DNA of 58,679 nucleotides from Thermoplasmata archaeon (GTDB lineage: Archaea > Thermoplasmatota > Thermoplasmata > Lutacidiplasmatales > UBA184), in assembly GCA_030037395.1 (NCBI GenBank), contig JASHRJ010000099.1, forward strand, positions 1 to 58,679, read 5' to 3'. The notes below the pieces were generated by a model. It worked only from the letters and a program-made list of their open reading frames with translations. It was not told the DNA's origin and did not search any database. A program made the position numbers and the translations under genes. Shown in pieces: positions 18,065 through 25,357 of the stretch. How positions within the stretch are numbered: the first letter of the stretch is position 1; each line of letters opens with the position of its first letter.

Positions 18065-19591
18065 TCAGGCGGCCGCGCGACCTCGCGCCGGCCGCCGGAG
18101 CGAAACGACGGACTCGCGGAGCTCGAACGACCTCCGCTGGCCGCTGCGACGGGTGCGGGCCACCTCGACCCCGACGATCTCGAAGCCGAGGTCCGCGCCG
18201 AGTCGGGCGAGGATGAGGTCGCCGGGTACGTACGTGCCGGCGAGGAGGGAGTCGCCCACGACCAGGACGAACCGTCCGCCCGGCCGGAGCGCCCGCAGCA
18301 CACCGGCCAGGACCGTCCGCAGGTCCGCGAAGTACCGGTGTACGATCGCGTGCATGTCGTCCCGTCGGTACGTCGCCTTCCGCGCCACGTTCTCGCGTAC
18401 CCTCGCGAGGATCTCCGGCAGCCACGGGTCCGGGGCGGAGCCGACCTCGGCGTACGCCCGGGTCTCGGCTCGGGGAAGGTTGTCGCAGGCGACCTCGAGG
18501 CTGCGGAGGCGGCGCAGATCCGCGTAGCTGCGGGCCATCGCGAGCCAGGCCAGGTCGAGCTTGTAGTTCATCACGTAGTCCAGGCCGTTGACGTACGGCG
18601 GGCTCGTGATCGCAACGTCGACCGAGCCCGGCCGCACCGACAGGCGACGCGCGTCCGCGCGCTCCACCTCGGCGGTCGGCCCCCACCGCTCCGCTTCGGA
18701 GCGTAGCGCCTCGAGGTCCCCGGCCATCGTCGCAACGGCCTCCGCGAACCGGTCGCGCGGACTCCGCCCCTCCCCCGGGCCGGTGCGGCGGTAGCCGAGG
18801 CACGGCGAGCGGTGGAGGCGGCTCGACGGGATCAGGATCCGGCCGAAGGCGAGGCGGAGCGCCTCCGAGACCCCGGTCCTCCCTACCGGGAGGGCCGCCC
18901 GGAGCCGCAGGAGCTCGTCGAGCGCCGCGGGAGCGAACTGGCGTCGGGTCTCCCGGAGGAACGGCAGCGGGGCTCGCGGGCCGTGCCGCGAGGCTCGCAG
19001 CGTCGCCTCCGCCCGCTCGCGGAGCCCCCGGGGATCGAGCTCGAACCTCGTCTTGACGCGGGCCGCGAGCACCGCCGGCTCGAGCAGCTCGACGCCCAGC
19101 GCGTGGGCGCCGGCGCGTCGCGCTTCCACGAGGGTCGTGCCGCTGCCGGCGAAAGGATCGAGCACGGTCGTGCCCGGTCCGGCGTCCGCGTCGCCGAGCG
19201 CACCGCGGACGAACTCCGCAGAGAAACCCTGAACGTACGGCCACCACCGATGGACCGGGACCGTCTCGTTCGATCGGAACGTGATCGGTCCCTGGTACCG
19301 GCCGATCGCCACCCCGTTCTCGTGCTCGAAACGCTCCGTGTACGTGGCGGGCTCGACGAAGTCCTCCCGGTCGAGGAGAGTTCCGTACGCGCGGAGGATC
19401 CAGAGGCCCCGGCCCAGCCGCTGGACGGCGCCGGCGCGTTCCCACCGCTCCAGCGCGGCCTGCACCTCGTCCTCCGAGGCGCTCAGGACCGAAGCGAGCT
19501 GGCGGTGCGTGGCCCCGATCGGCCCGGTCGCATCCAAGGCGCGACGCAGCGCGAGCGTGTCGACCGGTCCCGGCAGTGCCCCCGCGGTCAT
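18065..19591 (-). CDS. SAM-dependent DNA methyltransferase, SPPY motif IV (N4-cytosine or N6-adenine type), N-terminal winged-helix; no adjacent restriction enzyme
   Basis: 508 aa from the ATG at 19591. Motif I LDPFAGSGTTLVEA is followed about 170 aa later by motif IV ITSPPYVNGLDY and by LRPGGRFVLVVGDS. The ATG overlaps the stop of the CHAD gene (ATGA). Confidence 0.8.
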   Translation of the reverse strand: MTAGALPGPVDTLALRRALDATGPIGATHRQLASVLSASEDEVQAALERWERAGAVQRLGRGLWILRAYGTLLDREDFVEPATYTERFEHENGVAIGRYQGPITFRSNETVPVHRWWPYVQGFSAEFVRGALGDADAGPGTTVLDPFAGSGTTLVEARRAGAHALGVELLEPAVLAARVKTRFELDPRGLRERAEATLRASRHGPRAPLPFLRETRRQFAPAALDELLRLRAALPVGRTGVSEALRLAFGRILIPSSRLHRSPCLGYRRTGPGEGRSPRDRFAEAVATMAGDLEALRSEAERWGPTAEVERADARRLSVRPGSVDVAITSPPYVNGLDYVMNYKLDLAWLAMARSYADLRRLRSLEVACDNLPRAETRAYAEVGSAPDPWLPEILARVRENVARKATYRRDDMHAIVHRYFADLRTVLAGVLRALRPGGRFVLVVGDSLLAGTYVPGDLILARLGADLGFEIVGVEVARTRRSGQRRSFELRESVVSLRRPARGRAAA

Positions 19592-20481
19592 GCAGCCCCC
19601 CGGGCCGTCGCCGCGGCCCGCTCGCCGCGGGCGGCGATCCGCTCGAGGGTGAGACGGACCGCGCGGCGGAGCTCCCGACGGACCTCCTTCAAGCGCAACG
19701 CCGGGACCGAACCGGCGAGGCCCTCCGGTATCGTCGCAACGGCCACGTCTAGGTCGTGGAGCCGGCCGAGCCGGTCCTGGAGGCGACGCCAGGAGAGGGG
19801 CGGGGGGTGGTTCGCGGTCGCCCGGGCGAGCCCCTCGAGGCTGGCGAGGTGACGCCACTGGCGGATTCGTATCCTCAGCCGGTGCAGCCGCTCGCCGGTA
19901 GGATCCCGGCGCGCCTTCCGCTGGGCCCTCCGTACCCGGGCCTGCCGACGCCGTCGTTCCTCGGCGAGAATGTGATGCAGGCCGCGGCCGGCGTCGCGGC
20001 GCGGGGCCGTCGCGAGCAGGCCCCGGGCCCGTTCGAACAGGCCCCCCTGACGTTCGGTCCGCAGGAACGCCCGGAGCAGCTCCCGACCGGTGTGGGAGTC
20101 TTCGCGGAGCTGACCGAGGAACTCGCGCCAGGCCTCGGGGGGAGGGCGCACACGGCCACCCCGAGAGATCGGCGCGAGGAGGGAGGCGGTGACGTCGCGG
20201 TCGCGGACCCGGCCGACCAGGCGCGCAAGCCGCCGGAGCCGGCCCGCCACCTCCCGCGCCTCGGGGTGCGTGTCGGCCGGCAGCAGTCGACCCCAGACCG
20301 TGAGGCCGCTCGCGAGCCGTCGGAGGTCGCGGTGCAGGTCGTGGACCTCCCCGGGGGTGAGCGGGACATGCTCGAGGGCGCGCTCGATCTGCCGATCGAG
20401 CGCCCCGAGGACTCGGACGAGCTCGCCGCGCAGCCGGCCAGGACCGGACGAGGGGGGCGCCGTCCGGGGTCGTTGCGGCAC
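19588..20481 (-). CDS. CHAD domain protein (polyphosphate-granule associated family)
   Basis: 297 aa with a GTG start. It has repeated helical, His/Arg-rich CHAD-like motifs: VHDLHRDLRRLASGL, VRDRDV, LHRLRIRIRQWRHL and LHDLDV. Confidence 0.8.
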   Translation of the reverse strand: MPQRPRTAPPSSGPGRLRGELVRVLGALDRQIERALEHVPLTPGEVHDLHRDLRRLASGLTVWGRLLPADTHPEAREVAGRLRRLARLVGRVRDRDVTASLLAPISRGGRVRPPPEAWREFLGQLREDSHTGRELLRAFLRTERQGGLFERARGLLATAPRRDAGRGLHHILAEERRRRQARVRRAQRKARRDPTGERLHRLRIRIRQWRHLASLEGLARATANHPPPLSWRRLQDRLGRLHDLDVAVATIPEGLAGSVPALRLKEVRRELRRAVRLTLERIAARGERAAATARGAA

Positions 20482-20503
20482 CGGACCTCCGACCGCGCCG
20501 CGC

Positions 20504-20510
20504 TAGTTAT
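20504..20510 (-). promoter_or_regulatory. TATA-like box upstream of the CHAD-methylase(-HAD) unit
   Basis: The minus strand reads ATAACTA. Its centre is about 26 nt upstream of the GTG at 20481. Confidence 0.35.
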
Positions 20511-20543
20511 GGCTTCGGTGAGCGGCGACGGCCTCCCGCGGCC

Positions 20544-20554
20544 ATAGACCTTTA
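20544..20554 (+). promoter_or_regulatory. TATA-like box upstream of the ppx operon
   Basis: ATAGACCTTTA, centred about 28 nt upstream of the ppx ATG at 20578. Confidence 0.35.
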
Positions 20555-20577
20555 CCCCGGCCGGACTCTGGGCGCGC

Positions 20578-22134
20578 ATGCGGGGCCCGCGAGCGAGCCC
20601 GGCGCTGGCCGCGGCGGACCGCGTGACGGTCCGTTCGCCGCTCGGCGTCCTCGACGTCGGCTCGAACACCGCGCGCTGCGTCATCTTCGAGGCGCATCCG
20701 GCGGGGGCGATCCGGCCGATCTTCGAGACGAAGGAGGCCCCCCGCCTAGGGCTGGGCACGGGGTCGGACGGCTCGCTTTCGGAAGCGGCGATCGCCCGCG
20801 GCGTACACGCCGTACGCCGGTTCGCCCGGACGCTCGAGCGGCTCGACGTCTCGCGGAAGCTCGGGGTCGCCACCAGCGCGGCGCGCGACGCCCCCAACGG
20901 TCCGGCGTTCGTGCAGGAGGTGGAGCGGGCAACCTCGGTCCGGCTCCGGATCCTGACCGGCGCCGAGGAGGCCCGGTACGCCTACCTCGGAGTCGCCGGC
21001 ACGCTGGAGCTCCAGGACGACCTCGTCTGCGACCTCGGCGGAGGCTCGCTGCAGCTCGCGGAGGTGCGCGGCGGGGTGCTCGCGAACTCCGTCAGCCTGC
21101 CCCTCGGCTCCCTTCGACTGTCCCGTCGGTTCCTCGAGCACGACCCCCCGAAGCGCCGGGAACGCGACGAGCTGCGAGAGCATGCCCGCAGGGCCATTCG
21201 TTCGACGATGGAGGCGTTCGGCGGCCATCCCCGGCGGCTGATCGCGGTCGGGGGAACCGTCCGGTCGCTGGCGCGGGCCTCGATTGAGCTCACGGAGTTC
21301 CCGGTCCGGCGGGTGCACGGCTACCGGCTCTACGCCCGAGCGCTCGAGGCGATGGACGAGCTGCTCGGAGAGATGCCGGCGAGCCGCCGCAAGTCGGTCC
21401 CCGGGATCGGCTCCGACCGGGCGGACGTTGTCCTCGCCGGGATCACCGTCTTCGAGGAGATCGAGCGGGCCCTCGCCGTGGACCACCTCGTGGTCTCCGG
21501 CGCCGGGATCCGCGAGGGGATCGCCTACGAGGCGATCCGGGCCAAGCTTCCGGCGCCGGCGCAGGAGCTGGTCGATCGCTCGGTGGAAGCGGCGAGCGCA
21601 TCGTTCGCGTTCGACGCCGAGCGCGGGCGCGAGGTGGCGGAGGTCGCCGACCGGCTGTTCGCCCTCCTCGCCCCGCGGTACGGGTGGACCCGCAGCGAGG
21701 GGCTGGCGCTGCGCGCGGCCGCCCGGATGCACGACGCCGGGATCGCCGTCGACCTGTGGAACCACCCGCAGCATTCGTCGTACCTCATCCGCAACTATCC
21801 GATCGGGGGCCTCGACCCGCGCGAGGTCCTCCTCGCGTCGATGGCCGCCTTCCTGCACGACGGGGACGATCCCCCCTCCGCCTGGAAGAAGCGGTTCCAG
21901 CCGCTCGTCGGCGGCTCCGAGGTCACGACCGCGGTGCGGCTGGGGGCGATCCTCGAGGTCGCGAAGACCGTCGCCGGGCCCCGCACGGTCCTCTCGCTCG
22001 TCAACGGGGGGGCGGCGCTGGCGGTGGGCTTTTCTTCGGGCTCCGACTCCTCGCTCTCGTCCCGCTGGCAGGAGAAGGTGCGCAAGGCGATGGGAAGGGT
22101 CTTCGACCTCGAGCTCCGGGTGCGCGATGGGTGA
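20578..22134 (+). CDS. ppx: Exopolyphosphatase, Ppx/GppA family, with C-terminal HD-like domain
   Basis: 518 aa. Contains the ASKHA-fold phosphate-1 motif LDVGSNTARCVIFE, then DLGGGS, and AARMHDAG in the C-terminal domain. Confidence 0.9.
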   Translation: MRGPRASPALAAADRVTVRSPLGVLDVGSNTARCVIFEAHPAGAIRPIFETKEAPRLGLGTGSDGSLSEAAIARGVHAVRRFARTLERLDVSRKLGVATSAARDAPNGPAFVQEVERATSVRLRILTGAEEARYAYLGVAGTLELQDDLVCDLGGGSLQLAEVRGGVLANSVSLPLGSLRLSRRFLEHDPPKRRERDELREHARRAIRSTMEAFGGHPRRLIAVGGTVRSLARASIELTEFPVRRVHGYRLYARALEAMDELLGEMPASRRKSVPGIGSDRADVVLAGITVFEEIERALAVDHLVVSGAGIREGIAYEAIRAKLPAPAQELVDRSVEAASASFAFDAERGREVAEVADRLFALLAPRYGWTRSEGLALRAAARMHDAGIAVDLWNHPQHSSYLIRNYPIGGLDPREVLLASMAAFLHDGDDPPSAWKKRFQPLVGGSEVTTAVRLGAILEVAKTVAGPRTVLSLVNGGAALAVGFSSGSDSSLSSRWQEKVRKAMGRVFDLELRVRDG

Positions 22135-22825
22135 GGCCCCGAGCCCGGCGCACGGCTTTCCCGGGCGCCTGTTCGTCTTCGAGGGGCTGGACGGCAGCGG
22201 CAAGTCGACGCAGGCGGCCCTGCTCGGCAAGTGGCTCGCGGCCCAGGGGTACCGGGTCTTCTCGACGGAGTGGAACTCCTCGGAGCTCGTTTCGAGCGTG
22301 ATCAAGCGCGGCAAGAAGAAGGGGCTCCTGACCCCCACCACGTTCAGCCTCCTCCACGCCACCGACTTCGCCGACCGCTTCGAACGCCGGATCCTCCCGC
22401 CGCTCCGGGCGGGGTACCTGGTCGTCTGCGACCGCTACGCGCACACCGCGTTCGTCCGCGACGCGGCGCGGGGATGCGACCCGGCGTGGGTGCGGACGAT
22501 CTACTCGTTCGCGCCGCGCCCGGACCTTGCCTTCTACTTCCGGGTCCCCGTGGCGACGACCCTCAAGCGCAAGCTCGCCTCCCGGCAGAAGATCAGCTAC
22601 TACGAGGCGGGCATGGACCTCGGCCTGTCGGACGATGTCGCCGAGAGCTACGAGCGGTTCCAGTCCCGGCTCCGGCGGGAGTACGAGCGGATCGCGGAGG
22701 CGGACCGGTTCACCGTGATCGATTCGTCGCGGCCGGTCGAGGAGATCCAGCGCGCCCTCCGCGACCACGTGCGGCCGGTGCTCGAGAACTTCCCGACGGG
22801 GGCGGCGCTCACGCATGACGGCTAG
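22127..22825 (+). CDS. Thymidylate-kinase-fold protein 1 (canonical P-loop); candidate catalytic subunit of a Tmk-like polyphosphate kinase
   Basis: 232 aa from the ATG at 22127, overlapping ppx by 8 nt. Contains the P-loop FEGLDGSGKST and the DRY motif VVCDRYAHT. An atypical segment, ISYYEAGMDLGLSDD, is shared with the next gene. Confidence 0.85.
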   Translation: MGEAPSPAHGFPGRLFVFEGLDGSGKSTQAALLGKWLAAQGYRVFSTEWNSSELVSSVIKRGKKKGLLTPTTFSLLHATDFADRFERRILPPLRAGYLVVCDRYAHTAFVRDAARGCDPAWVRTIYSFAPRPDLAFYFRVPVATTLKRKLASRQKISYYEAGMDLGLSDDVAESYERFQSRLRREYERIAEADRFTVIDSSRPVEEIQRALRDHVRPVLENFPTGAALTHDG

Positions 22826-23564
22826 AACGTACGGGACGCGCCCCCCCGGCATGCCGGCCGGGAGCCTGCCCGGACGGCTGATCGTGATCGAAGGGGCGGA
22901 CGGCTCGGGTCGGACGACCGAGGTCGCCCAGCTCAAGGAGCGGCTCGAGATCGAAGGGCACGCGGTCGTCGATACGGGCCTCCGCCGCTCGGATCTGGTG
23001 AGCGCCGAGATCGACCGCGCCAAGCAGGGCCACACGCTCGGCGCTTCGACGATGGCCTTGCTGTACGCCGTTGACTTCGCGGACCAGCTCGAGAACAAGA
23101 TGGTGCCGGCGCTCGCCGCCGGCGCGACCGTCCTTGCCGACCGGTACATCTACACGCTGATGGCACGGGCGGTCGTGCGCGGCGCTTCTCGGGCATGGGC
23201 CCAGGAGCTGTACGCGTTCGCCCTCCGCCCGGATCGGGTGCTGTTCCTCGAGGCGCGCCCGGAGATCCTGTTGCACCGGGCGATCGCGAAGTACGGCAGC
23301 CTCGACTACTGGGAGAGCGGCATGGACCTCTGTCTCTCGCGGGACCTCTTCGAGAGCTTCTTCCTCTACCAAGAGCACCTCTCGCGGGAGTTCGAGTGGA
23401 TGCGCAGCGCCTACGGCTTCGAGGTCGTCGACGCGAACCGCGCCCCCGAGCAGGTCCACGAGGACGTGGTCCGCCGGGTCGCGCCGCTGTACGGCGGGCC
23501 CCTCGGGACCCCGGCGCCGCGTCGGCCGACTAGGCGTCCCGCTTCGCCAGCTGTTTCCGAGTGA
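22815..23564 (+). CDS. Thymidylate-kinase-fold protein 2 (Walker A Lys replaced by Arg); candidate non-catalytic partner subunit
   Basis: 249 aa, overlapping the previous gene by 11 nt. The P-loop reads IEGADGSGRTT (R in place of K). DRY is kept (VLADRYIYT), and the shared segment is SLDYWESGMDLCLSRD. It aligns without gaps to the upstream paralog by eye. An alternative start is the ATG at 22851. Confidence 0.8.
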   Translation: MTARTYGTRPPGMPAGSLPGRLIVIEGADGSGRTTEVAQLKERLEIEGHAVVDTGLRRSDLVSAEIDRAKQGHTLGASTMALLYAVDFADQLENKMVPALAAGATVLADRYIYTLMARAVVRGASRAWAQELYAFALRPDRVLFLEARPEILLHRAIAKYGSLDYWESGMDLCLSRDLFESFFLYQEHLSREFEWMRSAYGFEVVDANRAPEQVHEDVVRRVAPLYGGPLGTPAPRRPTRRPASPAVSE

Positions 23565-24066
23565 ACAGCCAGACGAGCCGTCCGGCCCCGGGCTTGACGC
23601 CGCCCGGAAAGTCGAGGCAAGCCGCCCCCCCACGGGTCAGGCGGACCACCGAGATCCCGTCCCCGACGAGCGCCATGCCGACGAACTCCGCGAGCGTCGG
23701 CTCGTGGCCCACCAGGACGACCTCCTGCCCCGGGCGCGTCGAACGCCGCAGCCGAGCGAAGATCGGGTCCGGCAGGTTCCCCGGTGCCAGCTCCGGCCAG
23801 ACCTCGAGCGTCGGGGCCGAGGGGAGCTCCCCGGCCACGATCTCGGCGGTCTTGGCGGCTCGGTCCGCTGTGCTCGTCACCAGCCGATCCGCCGGGGAGA
23901 CGATGCGCGCGAGGCCCCGCGCCGCCCGCCGCGTCTGGCTCCGACCCTTCGAGGTAAGCGGCCGGCGGTCGTCGTTAGGCCACCGGGCGGGGTCTCGCGG
24001 CTCCGCGGGCCCATGCCGCACGACCACGATCCGAACGTTCCGGGGGGAGCGGCTTGGGCGGTGCAC
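23530..24066 (-). CDS. sixA: Histidine phosphatase superfamily, SixA-like phosphohistidine phosphatase
   Basis: 178 aa with a GTG start. Contains the catalytic RHG motif IVVVRHGPAE, then PLTSKGRSQ and LVGHEPTL. The 3' end overlaps the tail of the convergent Tmk-like gene by 35 nt. Confidence 0.75.
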   Translation of the reverse strand: MHRPSRSPRNVRIVVVRHGPAEPRDPARWPNDDRRPLTSKGRSQTRRAARGLARIVSPADRLVTSTADRAAKTAEIVAGELPSAPTLEVWPELAPGNLPDPIFARLRRSTRPGQEVVLVGHEPTLAEFVGMALVGDGISVVRLTRGGAACLDFPGGVKPGAGRLVWLFTRKQLAKRDA

Positions 24067-24098
24067 GGGCTCTCGCGGGGGCGCGCCTTGGGCCGTGC

Positions 24099-24112
24099 GG
24101 GGCTAAAACCCC
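24099..24112 (-). terminator. GGGGTTTTAGCCCC element downstream of phoU and upstream of sixA (oligo-T terminator and/or TATA box)
   Basis: The minus strand has a G4/C4 stem flanking TTTTAG, 30 nt after the phoU TAA stop and about 38 nt before the sixA start. Its function is ambiguous. Confidence 0.25.
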
Positions 24113-24141
24113 TTCGACCCGCGGCCCTCTACGAAGTAACC

Positions 24142-25167
24142 TTACTCCTCGAGTCGCGACGGCCGTTCGGGGCCCGGGCTCGCGCGGGGGCCCGCGGGGA
24201 GGCCGCCGGCGCCGTGCGCCCGGACGGTGGCACGGTCGAAGTACGCCTGGGCGATGTCCTGGCTGTAGGCGATCGTCCGGGAGATCGCCTCCACGGCCCG
24301 CGCGACCGCCGCCGCCGACGCGGGGGACATCGCCCTCCCCTCGACGGCCGGCAGCAGCCGTTCGGCCAGCGTGCGCCCGCCCGCGGCAAGCGCCTCGCCG
24401 ACGTCCAGGAGATCGTTCGCCCGGTCCGCGTCCGACCCGCGGAGCACCGCCTCCAGATGGTCCATCGCCTGGCGGTGGAACTGGCGGAGCTCCCGCAGCA
24501 GGCCCCCGTCGGCCCCCAGGTCTGCGAGACGAGGCCCGACCTCCCCGAGGGTGACGGCATGGTCCGCGATCCGCTCGAGGCTCCGCGCGACCGTCCAGAG
24601 CGCGGCGGTCTCGCCCCGGGTCCGCGCGGGGGTCCGGTCGAGCCGGGAGACCTCTCGCTCGACCGCCCACGCCTCGCGATCGACCTCGTCGTCGCGGCGC
24701 TCCCAGAACCGCTCGTCCCCGAACGGCAGCAAGGTCCAGCTCTCGGCGGCCTCGCGATGAAAGGAGAGGACCTTTTCGCCGAGCTGACCCAGCCTCACGT
24801 CGAGGGGTGCGGCCCCTTGAGGGTCGAGATCGACGAGCTCCAGGGCGTCCGGCTCCGCCCGGACGAGCTGGGGGCCCGAGGTCCGGCGGCAGAACTCTCG
24901 GACGATCTCCCGGGTCGTGGGAGAAAGACCGCGGCGCTCCCGGACCTCGAAGTCCGTGGCCCCGCCGAGGTAGGCGGAAAGGAGGGACCGGAACAGATGC
25001 TCCGGGGGTGCTCCCGGCGCGACCGTGACGACGGAGCGCGCGAACGGTCGGGAGACGGCGGGCGGGATGCCTAGGCTCCGGCGGTCGGCGGGGGTCGGCG
25101 GCTGCCGGCCCGCGGAGCGGCCCGGCGCCGCGAGGGCCGGCGCTCGGCCCAGCGTGCGGTTCGACAT
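24142..25167 (-). CDS. phoU: PhoU-family phosphate-regulon regulator (archaeal long form)
   Basis: 341 aa with two PhoU-like helical repeats carrying conserved motifs: WTVARSLERIADHAVTL and AISRTIAYSQDIAQ. Confidence 0.8.
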   Translation of the reverse strand: MSNRTLGRAPALAAPGRSAGRQPPTPADRRSLGIPPAVSRPFARSVVTVAPGAPPEHLFRSLLSAYLGGATDFEVRERRGLSPTTREIVREFCRRTSGPQLVRAEPDALELVDLDPQGAAPLDVRLGQLGEKVLSFHREAAESWTLLPFGDERFWERRDDEVDREAWAVEREVSRLDRTPARTRGETAALWTVARSLERIADHAVTLGEVGPRLADLGADGGLLRELRQFHRQAMDHLEAVLRGSDADRANDLLDVGEALAAGGRTLAERLLPAVEGRAMSPASAAAVARAVEAISRTIAYSQDIAQAYFDRATVRAHGAGGLPAGPRASPGPERPSRLEE

Positions 25168-25185
25168 ACGCCGGCATCATCCGGT

Positions 25186-25250
25186 CGGCAGGATATATGG
25201 AAATCTGATGTAGACTATGTATTAGTGCATACTTACTCCCGCGAGGCTCT
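25186..25250. promoter_or_regulatory. AT-rich island between phoU and tRNA-Val
   Basis: ggatatatggaaatctgatgtagactatgtattagtgcatacttac is by far the most AT-rich stretch I saw in the window. It contains the phoU TATA box, a direct ATGTA-N4-ATGTA repeat, and GTAT..ATAC inverted ends. Confidence 0.45.
25193..25198 (-). promoter_or_regulatory. TATA box upstream of phoU
   Basis: ATATAT, centred about 28 nt upstream of the phoU ATG at 25167. Confidence 0.45.
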
Positions 25251-25276
25251 CGAGGGCCGGCGCGGCGGGGACCGGA

Positions 25277-25349
25277 TGGGCCGGGGCGGATTCGAACCGC
25301 CGTCCTCCGCGTTGTAAGCGCGGCATCTTCACCGCTCGACTACCGGCCC
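25277..25349 (-). tRNA. tRNA-Val (anticodon TAC)
   Basis: The reverse complement is GGGCCGGTAGTCGAGCGGTGAAGATGCCGCGCTTACAACGCGGAGGACGGCGGTTCGAATCCGCCCCGGCCCA. It folds with a 7-bp acceptor stem (GGGCCGG/CCGGCCC), anticodon stem CCGCG/CGCGG with loop CTTACAA, and T arm GGCGG-TTCGAAT-CCGCC. Length is 73 nt and CCA is not encoded. Confidence 0.9.
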
Positions 25350-25357
25350 GCCCCGGG

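Noticed and set aside
893-19445. Other long shadow ORFs: 893-3262 (+), 2819-5290 (-), 3454-5571 (+), 8132-10132 (-), 11779-13527 (+), 13334-14878 (-) and 16329-19445 (-)
   Set aside because: The reasoning is the same. They have no motifs and RPGA-rich composition, and each overlaps a gene with strong homology signatures (folP, gyrA, trpS, carB, HAD/methylase).
22127-23564. The tandem Tmk-like genes as a recent duplication or assembly artefact
   Set aside because: The two sequences are highly diverged at both DNA and protein level (roughly one third identical residues by eye), have different P-loops and overlap out of frame. They are therefore an old, maintained pair.
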